Part shown: positions 48,147 to 60,777 of the stretch, in pieces
How positions within the stretch are numbered: position 1 is the stretch's first letter
Layout of the letters: every line of letters begins with the position of its first letter
Assembly (NCBI GenBank): GCA_977862235.1
Contig: OZ374564.1
Span: forward strand, 1,364,001 to 1,428,000
Reading direction: 5' to 3'
DNA length: 64,000 nucleotides
Source: Dudresnaya verticillata
Taxonomy: Eukaryota
The notes under the pieces: model-generated
Told to the model about the DNA's origin: nothing
Databases searched by the model: none
Seen by the model: only the letters and a program-made list of their open reading frames with translations
Program-made: the position numbers and the translations under genes

Positions 48147-48945
48147 CACAGCTACTGAGAGCGCAAAAAAGGGGTTATCATTTGCTGAAGCCGGCATAGA
48201 TGCAGAGCGATTTGCATTCTTTTTCGCTGAAGTGCTTCTCCCCTCGCTTAGCAGAGCCCCTTGTGTCAAGGATGAGGGAAGGAGGACGTTCAAACATCTG
48301 CGAAAGCTTTCTAAGATGTAAGTCGTACAATAGCCTGATGAGAACCACTGCATTTCTAATTGCTTCACAGCCATGCCTTCGACCTGATCCTTTGTTCATC
48401 ACTTTATCTTTTGTAGTTCGGGAGTCTACCAAGATAAGTCACCGGTAATTCTAGAGACCACACACCATAAGCCCACTCTGAGCAAAAATATTCTTCAAAG
48501 CATACGTATGCTAGTCCGTACGGACTAAACATATGAAATAAAGCGTCGACGGAGAAAAAGTAGTACCACGTACGTACGTAGCGTTTTTATGGAAGAGCAG
48601 CTTGCGAACGTTTTTATCATTGCTCTTGACGCACTGCACGCCACGCGCGAGTTTGCTCAGCTGGGCGAAACGGGAAAGAGGACTGCGCTCGCTCGGAGCT
48701 GTGTGACGGTTGAGCACGGCGGGCTCTAAGGCGCAGGACACGGGTCGGTGCGTGTGTGAAGCGGATTGTCACGGAGACGGCGGAGTGGAGACTCGGCTCT
48801 CCGACGCGTGCGTGCGCTGCGGACGGACTCTTGACGTGAATCAGCGTACCGTCCCGCCGCTCACCGCGGACATACGTCACACGCTTCTGGTTTTACCGTT
48901 GCGCCTGGTCGACAGCAACTCTATCGTCCTTGCGTTGCGCGGCCC

Positions 48946-51848
48946 TCACTCCACCAGTTTGAGGATGGCCAATTTCCCCTCTTCGCGCTGGGATACGCTG
49001 GTTGTGCGTAGCAGTACACCCAGCGTCCTCCCGTCCGCGCCCACTTGCACCGTCATGATGTCCTCCTCGAAACTGGCCATCACTTGCTCCACCCCGTCTA
49101 TGACGCGCACAAGGTCGTTCCGGCAAGCCTCGAAGCGCGCCCGACCGAGCATGGCGTCACCTGCAGCAGGCACTTCTGTTGGCGGCAAAAACTGCCGGCA
49201 AACGTCTTCCCAGTCTTGCCGCTCCTCGTTCTCGACCTCGGGGTGAATGCACTTTGTCGCCTCGACGTCCCAGACCCAAACCACCCCGTTCTTTGACTGC
49301 GCCACGACACGCATCCCGTCATTGCTTACCGCCACGCGCTCGATCAGATGCAAGCTCCCCTTCATGTGACGCCCTACCAGGTCCCAGTCTGAATCAACGT
49401 CCCATACGCGGATCACACCACGTCGCGTTCCTGACACGACTCGGCACCCATCAGCACTAAATGCGACTGCCGAGACCGATCGCGTGTGTCCCAGGAGACG
49501 CTCCCCTACCGTCTGTCCCGTATCGGCGTCCCACACTTGAACTCCGCCTGAATTCTCCCCGGACACCACGCGGGTGCCGTCAGTGCTAACGCCAATGCAC
49601 GACATCCCGCCCAAGTAACTAGTGAAAGGTCCTTCGCCACTCTGCTGCGATTCCACGTCCCATATGCGAACCGTCCCGGCCGCTGCCGTCGCCACACGAG
49701 TACCTTCAACGTTAATAGACACGCTCTCTACCCAGCCAGCATGTCCCGTTGAAAGCACCGTCACCAGCTCTCCTGTTTCAGCATCTGTCACTTTGACGGT
49801 ACGATTGCGCGCGCCTGATGCCACTCGCGGACCGCAGGTACCGTTGCCGCTAACTGCAACTGTTGTTACGCCGTCCCTGTGCAAGGTTAGGTACTTCGCC
49901 TTCAGTTTTTCTGCTTTCGTGTCCCACGCACGTACCTCATTTCGAAGAGTGCCGGAAACCACTCGAGTGCAGTCCGGACTAACCGCGACGGCCGCCACCC
50001 AAAAGTGACCTTCTGGGGCCAGTTCCGCTGCTTGCCCTCGTTCAACATCAAAGACTTGGAGTCTGCTATCAGGCGACCGCGACAACACATACGCTCCATC
50101 GCTGTTCTTTGTGAGAGCATCCACCCAGTCGCCAACGCCCGTCAGAGGATCCCCAGTTTCTGCATCCCAAACTCGAGCAGTCCCGCCATGTGTAATCGAC
50201 ACCACACGGATGCCGTCGGCCGTTGCCACGACGTTGTTCACTTCATCCCAGTGTCCAAGGAACGCATCACGTACCATTTCCTCAGACTCTGTTCTCCACA
50301 TACGTACTGACCGATCGCTAAAACCCATCACGACAATATCTCCATCTACAGATATAGCCCCAACACGTGCTTCGACTATCTCATGCTGACCTTCTCCAGC
50401 TGAACTCTCCTCGTCGACGATCCCTCCACCTTCACCATGACGCTGTGTACTCCCAACTTCTGCCCCTAACGCTGTTTCATTTTCGAGCTGCAGCTTCACA
50501 ATCTTGCTTTTCCCACTTTCATGCTTCGCGACGAAGAGGGCGCCGTCGCTGTTCGACCCACAACTTGTCACTCCTTGTCCTTCGATGAAACGAACATCAT
50601 AAACTACATATGGAACTTGAAATGTCTCCAACAGAGAGTCATGTGCTCCCTTCAAACACGATGTTACTGCCCGGATCCACGGTCTACGTGCAGACTTCTC
50701 CACTCGATGTATGAAATCTCCTACCCAGTTTGGTTTCGATTTCGTTGCTAGCAGTCTTGCATATAACTGAAACTAACTGCCCGTTGTGTTCCCCACCCCA
50801 TATAGGAGACTCATTCGCACAATCTTGGACAAAGCCTTTAGAACATCAGCCTTCTTCGCAGACTCGTCCACAGGCGCCGGGTGGGAACCTAGGCTACTGG
50901 CAGTTTCAATCTCACGCCCATCTTGTCCCCATTTCTTCAAATAAGACTCAACATCACTCTCGAGAAGCAAAACAGTGTTCATCGCCATCATCTTGAATAG
51001 CCATTGGGGGCTGCTAAGCACATTGTACACATCCGGGCCTCTCCCTGCAGCGTGAATAATTCTACACATGTTTCGCACGATGTAGCCGTCATCCTCGACA
51101 AACGCCGGCCAGCACTCCCCATCATCAATACTTTCCGGTAACTCTGACCTGTACGCTTCCAGTATCTGGTCGAACCACTTCAACAATTCCCCATTTCCTT
51201 TTTCTTCGGCTCCTTTTGCTTCAGACTGTGTGAAGTCGTGTGTAAGGTCGTGAAGCCGGAGCCCAAAACACAGCTTACCTCCAACATGTCGATACTCAGC
51301 ATCGGCTACCCCCACCCGTACCATTGCTTCTATCTTCTTCTTTGTCTCCACATCATCCGCAGTGCCCCAAATATGGCGCAGGGCTGGCACAGGAACCCAG
51401 TCCTGTTTCTGAATCACACACAACCGCCGATGCAATTCATGGTAGGTCGGCTGTGATCGGGCTTTCCCTCCCTCACGCGGCTTGTCCAGAATATCCAAGG
51501 AAACAAGCAGCGCTACACCATACCCTGGATAATTGTCTTTCGTCACCTGCTCTACTAATTCATGGCGTCTGAAAGACTCAAGATATACATTCCATGCAGC
51601 CCTCTTATTGCCGCCCATCGCGTCTCTGTCCGACTTAACTCCCGTTCCACACAGACTCAAAGCAAAAGGTAAGCCGTCGCAGATCTTCAGGATTGCATTA
51701 ATCGCTTCAGAACATTCAGCATCTTGCACCTCTGCTTCGACGTCAGCCTCCTCAACCCCCGCTACGCGCAGTAAAATATTCCTCGACTCTGGACCCAACG
51801 GATCTCGCGGATTGAATGTCACCGTGTCTCCTAGACTTCGAGCCTGTC
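48946..51848 (-). pseudogene. NLR/APAF-1-like protein: C-terminal NB-ARC part plus WD40 repeats; N-truncated and frameshifted near 50780
   Basis: GLPL-type CDGLPFAL, MHD-type LHDL, then many GH...WD repeats. No P-loop found upstream. Confidence 0.8.
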
Positions 51849-52835
51849 ATGTACAGCATTCTCGTTATGTGTTGTGTAGCACTGCAGTAAACGTGAGTGA
51901 TGCAAGCGCTCGAGGTCTCCTGGTCTACAAGTCAGAACGCAGATGCCCCAGGGTATTGTTGTACAATAATGGAGCTCTCCCATTCGCTGCTGATTCTGAG
52001 ACTCCCACCCGGAAGTGCGGGTGGTGCAGGGATCCCGAGTCACTCATCACTGTGATTCCAATTCAAGGGTATGGAACCCGGCACTCAGATGATGCTTTCG
52101 CTATAGCTATGTATTACAATACATCGGTAATACTAGTACAAGGTCCCAATCGTGGTGAACCGTGCACGGTGCACATGGACAGCGCATAATGTCACCAGTC
52201 GTTCTGATTCCACTTCACAAGCAGAATACTTGCCACAAATCGGTGACCGACTGCCTGCAGCCCACACATGTTCCGAAAGCATACCGGGGGACTACACAAT
52301 ATTGTAATTAGGGGACGAAGAAATGCCTCCTTTGACTGGGTCAGACGACTAACGATAGGTAGACCGTTGCTCACTCACTGGTGATTCCGTTTCGCATATG
52401 CACACAGAACAGCATAGGAGGTTATCTGGCGAGGTTTCAGCACGTGACACCACTCCGGTGCCCACTGCGTTCTCTTCCCGATATTCTTGTTCCACCGCGC
52501 TGCGCTGACCGCCGCCAAAGGCCGCTTTTGACCTCCCACCCTTTCTTTTCTCACGATCGTACGACGCGTACTCAAAAGCGCTATTGACGGCACTGATCCC
52601 AGCGAGACGAGGCCCTTACTGCTATCGTGGTACAAAATGCCTCGCACAAGAGAACGTCGCACTGCTTTGCGTCAAAGGCCTGTCACTGCGGACCGACATG
52701 CCGTCTCCGTGAAGGGAGGGAACAATTCCTCGGCCAAGACTATCGATAAGGCGACGGCGGAGACGGCCGCGGAAGAACCCATTCGCAAACAGGGGCGGAA
52801 GCGCGCCCGCAGTAACCAGCCCTGGCACGCAAATC

Positions 52836-55800
52836 ATGTCAGCGTCGAAGAAAGTAGTGCTGTTGCTGAACGGAGAGGAGGTGGGTACGGCTGATCCAAT
52901 GACTCCGGCGTCTCCGGAAGAGGCAGACAGTACAGGTTCATTCAAAGTTAAGATGCATGGAACGTGGTTAAGAGAGGTGCAGCGGAAGAAGGAGACATGG
53001 ATAGTCATCTATAATCTCCGTATTCGGAATGGACATGGGGACAAGAGGTACATGTATAAGTATCCCGGTATAAAGTCTCCCCCCACCACTCTAGCTGGTC
53101 TAAATGTGGGTATTCATGTATGGGACAGGTAGCAAGTCCGCACTGTGAAGCCGCAACCTACAAGCGGTGCTGGAGAACCCGGCGTGGCGACCGGGGAAGC
53201 TTGCCCTCGGATAGAAATGGAGCAACCGGGTGAGAGGCACACTGTTCGTGCCCGGACGTCAACTAGGCGGTCAGGCCGTAGGGGGGTCGGGGACTTGCTC
53301 ATAAGCGGACGGTGACGAAAAAAATCACCCGTACCGGTCAGTCTGATCCCAGCGCTCAGCCACACCAAGAAGGTAATGACCGCACTACCCGCCCGTATGT
53401 GCCCGCGGCCGTACCAATTAGAGGGCAAAGAAAACACGGAAGCTGGGTTATCAAAACTGGAAAGTAATGACGCGGCGCCGCGTGGGAGCGCTCCAAAACC
53501 AGCCGAGGCTGAACGGGAGAAAGGAGATTCCGGGAACGGCGCACAAGAAGACAATACTCCCGTCGACACTACAGCAGAAGAATGTGCGGGAGGTCGTGAT
53601 CACTAGTCTGAAGAAGAGCATCCTGACGTCGAGACTGCAGACGATGGGGAGGATGCTGATTCCGACACGCCGGAATGGCACCCCTCCGAAGGGGAGGAGA
53701 TAACACTAGAAGGGCGTGGAGACGGCCAGGCTACTGCTAGGACGAGCCGGAAGAGGAATTATAGACATGATGCTCGTCCGAAAGGAACCCCATCGGGGCA
53801 TTTGATGGCTGCGAAGAGGAGAAAGGTAGTGGAGGTGATGGAGATGCAGGATATCTCAAACATTTTCTGCTGCCAAACGAAACAATGCTTCGGAACCATC
53901 GAGTCAGTCTACATCAGGACTGAGTCACGCAAAATGATGGACAAGAATCGCGCGGAAAGGAAGCGATACCTCACGGGACTACTGGAACCCAACTCCAACA
54001 TGTACTTCTTCAGCGGCCGGCCGGTTTGTTACTCATTTCTGGACAAGGCTTTCGGTTTCTCTAGAGACCTGCAGTCGGCAGTGAAAGGGACAAACAAGAG
54101 CCGCGAAAGGAAAGGGAGGGGGCTGATAGTTGGTGGTACTTCTACGGAACAGATGGAGGTGATAACTTCGTTCTTGGAGCGCCTCGCAGAAGTCTCTGTT
54201 GATTCGAAACCAGACAAGGCTGAAATCCACCTCCCCTTCTATGAGAAGCTCGCAGTCTATAACACGTTTGTGACTGAGCACCGCACTCTGTACCCTAACA
54301 GAGCAACACCATCACAGAGCTACTTTTATAGTATCTGGCTCCGCAGCTGTCCGCACATTAAGGTCAGGCGAACTCACCGGTTTTCAAAATGCTCCGAGTG
54401 CGAGGAGATCAAAGATCTTCTCGCAAAAGCGGCAACGGATCTAGCGGGAACCGAAGCGCTTCGCGAGCGGCGGGCAAGGCACGTGAGAATGGTCATGCAG
54501 GAGCGAACAGAATATCGCAAGAAGTGTGAGATGGCTTCGATGTATCCGCAGAACTATTGCTCACTCATCATCGACGGTGCTGACCAGTCCGCATTTGGAC
54601 TGCCACACTTCCACATCAAGGTGAAGGACACACGCGGACACGGAATGAAGGCCAAAGTAATCGGCGTTCTAGAGCATGGCCAAGTCCCACATCTAAACCT
54701 TTTCACGATGACTGCAGAGTTCGAAACAGGCGCAAACCATGTCATCGAAGCTTTGCATCGCGTATTGATGGCACGCAGAGAGAGGATGCCACTGAAGGGT
54801 ACGTTGTTCCTCCAGGTCGACAACTGTACTAGGGAGAATAAGAACAGGTTTATGTTCGGCTACTTGGAGTATCTCGTTGCTATGGGTGTATTTCCGGAAG
54901 TGCATGCGTCGTTTCTCCCCATCGGTCACACGCATGCCGATATCGATCAAGTTTTCAGCTGCACTTCGAAGAGATTACGCGTTCGAGACGCCATTATCAT
55001 GGACGACCTCATCCACGAACTACGGCAATCATACACTCCTCAACCGCGTGTCACGGAGATGTTGCAGATTATTAATTTCTCCGGGTTGTGCAAAGAGACC
55101 AGATGCCTCGGGCGTACCGAGCCCATTTCAGAATATCGGTACTTTAGGTTCAGTGCGGAAGGAGCTAAAGACACAGACGCCGGTACGTTCAAGACTCTCT
55201 GCGAAGTGAAGAGGGGCTGCAAAGACTCTTGGAAACCGTTACATACGCGAGATGGCCAGGGGGATTTTTGTTATTTCCCCCCAACCTGCACCGGACTCCA
55301 CCGACTCCCTGTCGAGCACCGCCAGATGAACACGAAGTAACCAAGCGTCTACGATCCGCCGAGACCAGAATCAGCAATCACAGTAAGCTACAGAAGCTGT
55401 TGGCACTTTGTGATAGAGTTTACGAGGACCGTGAAGACCCATTCCACTGGGCATTGGCGGATGTGTTTGAGTTGGAAGGGGCTTACAAACCGGATGGGAG
55501 CGGCCCTAGCGCACCCTCGGAATCGGGGTCAGACGCTGAGAATGTAGTGGAACAGGACCTCACTTACACAAAGAACAGCTTTGTAGCCGTACTAGGCGAC
55601 GACTGTACCGAAGGATGCCCGTTCTGGCTTGGGCAGGTGATGAATTGGGAGACGGATGGGGGGGCAAGGTTACCAATTTGCAAGTAGAGTGGTACCAGAG
55701 AAGGAGTACTCGAGGGAATACTTTCACCGGGCGTTATCAGAAGGCGAGAATAACCGATGCAAATGGACATGTCAAACCGTGGAGCGATACGGTCCCGGGG

Positions 55801-55968
55801 AAGTCGGTTTTAGTGGAGTTCGCGCGTTTAACCAACTCTGGAATACCCGTCAGGGTGCAGCGAAAGATCAGGGAAGCCCTAGAGATGCGAAAGAGAGGAG
55901 ACGATCCGGAAATTAGTACTTCGGTAGAGGCGGGGGGACCAGGAGCAAATGGCATGGAAAGCAAATAG
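52836..55968 (+). pseudogene. Sola1-like (DUF7869-type) DDD transposase with accessory N- and C-terminal domains
   Basis: IIDGADQ (D at 54573), QVDNCTRENKN (D at 54819), FLPIGHTHADIDQVFS (GHTHADID at 54924-54947), and KCSEC. 52836-55340 is one frame with stops at 53130, 53313 and 53604. Frameshifts at G-runs near 55260 and 55660. Confidence 0.8.
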
Positions 55969-56293
55969 CTTGGGGTGAGAGGGAGGCGAAGCAGGAATAA
56001 AGTTGTGTCGCTAGTGGCAAAATGGGGTCAAGATTCTGGGCGAGAATTGGAAAAGGGTTAGAGTGTATGCATGTAATGCCACGGAACAGAGTGTGCAGGC
56101 TAGCCTCATGACGCAGCTGCGTCATGAGGCAGCATCTTTGCTGGGTAAACCGGATTGCTTGTACAATCACAGTCGTGTTGTAAGCAACCTTAATGCCTGC
56201 AGCACGCCAAATAAGTGAGAAAAAAAGAACCACTGTTCTCTCTTATGCACTGATACAGAATGCAATTTCGGCTTTCTATCAACCACACGGGTT

Positions 56294-56719
56294 GTGATTA
56301 ACGTGTCCGACCTGCCAAATCGTACCTTGCACACTTTGGGTGCGATCACACCGCGGCACCCGCGGGTGCCCCCAAGTGAAGGGATGGTTCTACCCAATAC
56401 CTCAAGATCTGGCGGCGTGGAGGGTCTCAGGGGCTCTGGGAACCGCGCTCCCGCCATGGTTGTTGCTCGTCCGCAGGTGCAGAATCCGACACCAATGTTA
56501 GCAGGAGACGGGACGGGCTACATGACTTATGAGCGTGTCCGCGTGATAGTTCAGATGCTTTGTGATCTCGGGTCCTGTTCTGTCCTTTTGTCTGGGGATG
56601 AACTAAGGCTTGCAGTCGAAGCAGGCACGGACATGACCGAAACTGTTTTATATGCCAATGGGAAGACCTTGCAGGGGCTCGCGTTTGCGGTACATTTGCT
56701 GGTTTTAGGTCAACATTGA
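56294..56719 (+). CDS. Hypothetical protein, possible transposon cargo
   Basis: 141-aa ORF with no recognised motif. Confidence 0.25.
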   Translation: MINVSDLPNRTLHTLGAITPRHPRVPPSEGMVLPNTSRSGGVEGLRGSGNRAPAMVVARPQVQNPTPMLAGDGTGYMTYERVRVIVQMLCDLGSCSVLLSGDELRLAVEAGTDMTETVLYANGKTLQGLAFAVHLLVLGQH

Positions 56720-57062
56720 CTCAGAGTTTGATCTTGAGCACATTGCTCTGGTGGAGAAGAAGTCAAGGACAATCGCGAGTGTTCTCATTCGTATTAATCC
56801 GCATGCAGATTGATAGCATGTGCACATTGACGCTCAGGTCCATCCATTCATCACTACTGGGCTGGCGAGCAGCACGTTTGGTGTCCGCAATTCACATCTG
56901 CAACGATTTTTGAACCTTATCGAAGAGGAGACTTGCTGCGCTTGATCGGAGTGCATTTATATCTAGGCATTCCGGACGTATGATGTACCCTGGAAGCCGC
57001 CGGTCTCTTGTAAAGGTATGAAGCTATACCATTACCTAATTTAAAAGTAACCTTGTTTTGGT

Positions 57063-58924
57063 TTACCAGGACCGCGACAAGCTCAATCTTGCTGTCTGTC
57101 GGTAGGCATTAAAGACAGATCCTCCTAATACAACTAGCATGCCAACCACAGAAAAGTAAACAAAGTCAGACGGTAGGACCTCTAAGGCCCCAACAGAGTG
57201 CTCCACAGAGTAGACAACATCAATCCCTACGGCAGCAACCTGATCAAGTTGCTGCCGTCGGGAGTCGATTGTGACTTTCACTGCCATACAGTGCTGCGAC
57301 CGCTACCTGTCTCAGATCTGCAACACGATTGCCTCCGGACATGAATCTTGTCCAAGGGGACGAAAGTTCTAGCAGCGGTGTATACGAAAATGACCGTTCC
57401 ATTTAGTCCACAATATTGCGACGGGCAGGGCTTCCAGCGTCCACGAACAGTTTGGAAACAAGAGCAATCTGCCCAGTGTCTAACCGCATGAGGATAGGTT
57501 GCTCTGTGAACCCATGTTTCTTCAGGGTTACATTCAGACCATCCTCTCGAGTGCCAATAAGAGAGCTGCAATTCATTGCACGTAGCATCCTGAGGGGTGT
57601 TTCCGATCCCGTTCGAAGCCTCCTCTGGTCGTTACCGTTCGAAAGAGACGTTGACAACATGCACACAGGCAGCTGGCCACAAACGCCTGTACCGATACCA
57701 AAAATGTTTTCAGATAAAGGCCCAACAGCTGAGCAAACCATGCCAAGGACCATATCGCGTATAGCAGGCATATTCTTGAGGGGTTCGTACAAGTCGATTA
57801 CGTTGATTTCCTGCTGCAGCAGAAGAGTGTTCCAGGAGCTGTAGACAAACACATTACAGCTCTTCACTACGAAAACAGGACCTACGGCATTATTGTGCAT
57901 AGCAATGTCCAGAACTGAGCCTTTCCGACATTCAATAGCATTGCGTGTACCAGCATGTTTTCTTTGTCCTCGAGGACAGATCTAAAACCACCAAACGCAC
58001 ATCTACGTCATCGTACTTGAGCCATAGTTCACATCCCATTGTCACACGCACCGGAGGATCATACAATTGCCTCCCTGCAGTGTATCAGCGGCGACTTCGG
58101 AAACCACAATTTGTTAGGGTAATGACCGGTGCTACGTCTCGCTCCTTGCAAGGAAGCCGTGCACCTTGTGGCCGCTAGCCCCGTATGACAGCCAGCCGCG
58201 GTCGACCTGCCCATTCGGAACGACGTCACATCCCTGCAATGCGATGCCCCTTTCGAAACCCTCTCCATCCACCCGCACGACGTAAGCACAAACACTCGTG
58301 CCCTTCTGCCTGCGGATCAATGGTAGCTTGTTCAGCCTGGAATTCCGACAAGAACTTCCCAAATATGGCAGTGCCAGTTCCGAAGCTTACTGCCTTCACA
58401 AAGCTACCGGTCTCTCCATACCGGCACACGACGACAACAAGCTCCCGATGGATAGAGGCGAGAGCACAGAGTCTCTCTCCGACATGATTCTTCCACAGGA
58501 GTTCCCCTCCTCCCCGCGTGTTGTGCCCGTAAAGAGACCCAAGCGTGGACAATCCGACAAACAGCGACTTACCTGGGACCTCTTAGAAGGCGCCGTCAAA
58601 GAGATGCACCCGCACTTCCTCCCGTGCCCACACATCAGCGTCACCACCATCTACCCACAAGCGACCGCCTGGGGCCGATCTTAAGACTGTCGTGGCAAGC
58701 CGCCAGGTGAGTACGCGGTTGCCGGTTTCCAGCTCTGCTTGCAAAACGCCTATACTATCACTAGTCCAGTTCACGTTGTTGTACGTTACAGCCAGCCCCG
58801 TCCATGCGTGCACAAGAACGTTGGGATCATCTTGGGTGCATGGCCGCACAACGAATTGGACATCATCTGAGGAGACATTGCATCCTCGGCGCGAGCACGC
58901 GCGCGCGTCTACGACATACTTCAC
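57063..58924 (-). pseudogene. Decayed hypothetical gene (~600 codons)
   Basis: Chain of protein-like minus-strand ORFs; 58583..58924 and 58226..58552 share a frame. Confidence 0.4.
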
Positions 58925-59460
58925 AACGCACGAACAAGACTGCGAGGTTCATTGCGCGGTTGCCAACCTAAACAGCCCCATGCACGGTTGCAAACTAGGC
59001 ATGCTTCGTCTTGACGAGAATTGTTACGCGAGACGAGCAGGACCCGCGGGGGAGGCGTCGGAGTCTGTGGCGTCTCGAGTGCAGACAGACGTAATGCAGA
59101 CGCAGTCTGGGTGGATGTGCTCGCAGTTGACAGCACGACGGATAGGGACGCGGGATGCGCAGGCTACTGCGGTGGCGCATACGTCAGCAAACACATCACA
59201 GTGCGCGACGGGGGCACTTCCGCGAGCGCTTCGCAGTGCGGAGCATTTCCGCAGACGCGGGCTGGGTGAATGGGCTCGCAGTTGACAGCAGGATGGATAG
59301 GGACCGCTGGAGGTACCGTTACGCGACACAGTGTGTCGCCTCGAGCTTGAAAAGAGAGGAGGTGGTGATGGTAGGAGACGGCGGTGACCACGAGGACGGT
59401 GCATGCGGTGAGGTTGCGGTGCGTGGAGACATGCTCCGCAGCAGGCGGGTGACCAGCAAC

Positions 59461-59765
59461 CGGATAGCTAATTCAGTGAGACTTCCGCCGGAGCTATCGG
59501 CGCATATGGATTTTTTTATAGCTCCCTGTCGCCGACATATTCGAAAAGCTATTTCTTAGGTTTCCCATTTCGGCGACTATGGGAGCTATGTAGCTAACGG
59601 AATGCCGCGAGTGTAAATATCTATTTTCTTAGGTATTTTGATTTCGGGAAACACGGGAGCTATATAGCTCCCGCGGAGGAGGAAATCAAAAAGCTAAGAA
59701 AATAGATATTAGATTTCTCCGGCGCCATTAGCTATTGGCTGATATTCATATTCGTTTATAGCTTT
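59461..59765. promoter_or_regulatory. AT-rich palindrome cluster built from AGCTA/TAGCT units
   Basis: Perfect CGGGAGCTATATAGCTCCCG at 59654-59673 inside a ~29-bp-arm inverted repeat (59616-59710). Second hairpin at 59518-59589. Confidence 0.8.
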
Positions 59766-60193
59766 TCACTTTGGTCCTCCTGCGTTTGCTACTTTTCCCG
59801 AGACGCCCAGCCGCACCGCTCCGAGCCCGACATCATCTGAAAACGCACTGCCACTCAAGAAAACGCACACCACACAACACCAGCGCCCTTGACAAGGGCA
59901 GCACACGACTGGAACCCTTTTCACAGCGTAGGTCGAGCCCTCGCCCCCGCACCGTCCCCACTGCTTCCGCCCTTCGCATCCGGCGTCGTGCTCGGTTTAG
60001 CGCTCACTGCAGATGATGGCTGCGTGGGCGGCGACTTTGTTCCGCTTGGAGGGTCCGTCGGCGTCGGTGCTTTTGATGTTTGTCGTGTGTAGCCGCCAGG
60101 GATTTTCGGCCGTGCGCGGCCGTGCGCAGCCATAGCCGAAAGAGACGATGGCAATCTGCATAGGACGCTTGTCAGCTGCATACACTACGAGCT

Positions 60194-60592
60194 GTGATAG
60201 CCCAACGCCTGGATATGAGGGAGGCCCCGCAGCCCTCCGCATGGAACGATACGAGATGGGAGCGCATAAATCCATGGCGGGCTGGCCACCGACGATGCGG
60301 GTCTGGGCGGCGCCCGGGGGGCGACGTCTGGCAGAAAGACGGGGCAGTCTGCATAGTTGCGCGCAAGCATGTGTTCTTTGCGCGTGCCGCGAAGGGAGAG
60401 ACAAGCGTTGCTGCTGTGATGGAAAGCATGCGCTTGCTCAAGAAAACAACTGGCATCGAAAACTTTGAGAAGGCGACCAGTGGGCATGATGCTGAAAGTA
60501 GAGGAAAGCGAGAGTTGCTACTGCGAATGGTTGCAGACGATGTTTTACGCGTTGTTGATGAGGTGAAAGACTTGCAGAAGGTAGCTTCATAG
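60194..60592 (+). CDS. Hypothetical protein convergent with the MTase
   Basis: ORF with a helical charged C-terminus; 5' part possibly frameshifted. Confidence 0.3.
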   Translation: MIAQRLDMREAPQPSAWNDTRWERINPWRAGHRRCGSGRRPGGDVWQKDGAVCIVARKHVFFARAAKGETSVAAVMESMRLLKKTTGIENFEKATSGHDAESRGKRELLLRMVADDVLRVVDEVKDLQKVAS

Positions 60593-60777
60593 ATGATGAG
60601 AATCACCCAATGCACACGGAGGGCATGCAGCCGTTTCATGTTTCACGGCGTTTGGTCGCGACGAGCGTGCATGGATGCCATAGTTCCTTCCAGCTGGAAA
60701 TGTGCAGTGGACCGTCCGCCGCCCTCGACTGGCAGAATGTACATCCGGTATAGCCCAAAAATAGATGGAGCAGACTT

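Noticed and set aside
51845..52181. Solo LTR or left terminus of the transposon
   Set aside because: Weak TGTC...GACA ends, no TSD, and no matching TIR in the window.
53129..53606. GT-AG intron removing the three transposase stops
   Set aside because: Splicing at these sites shifts the frame into a stop at 53701-53703.
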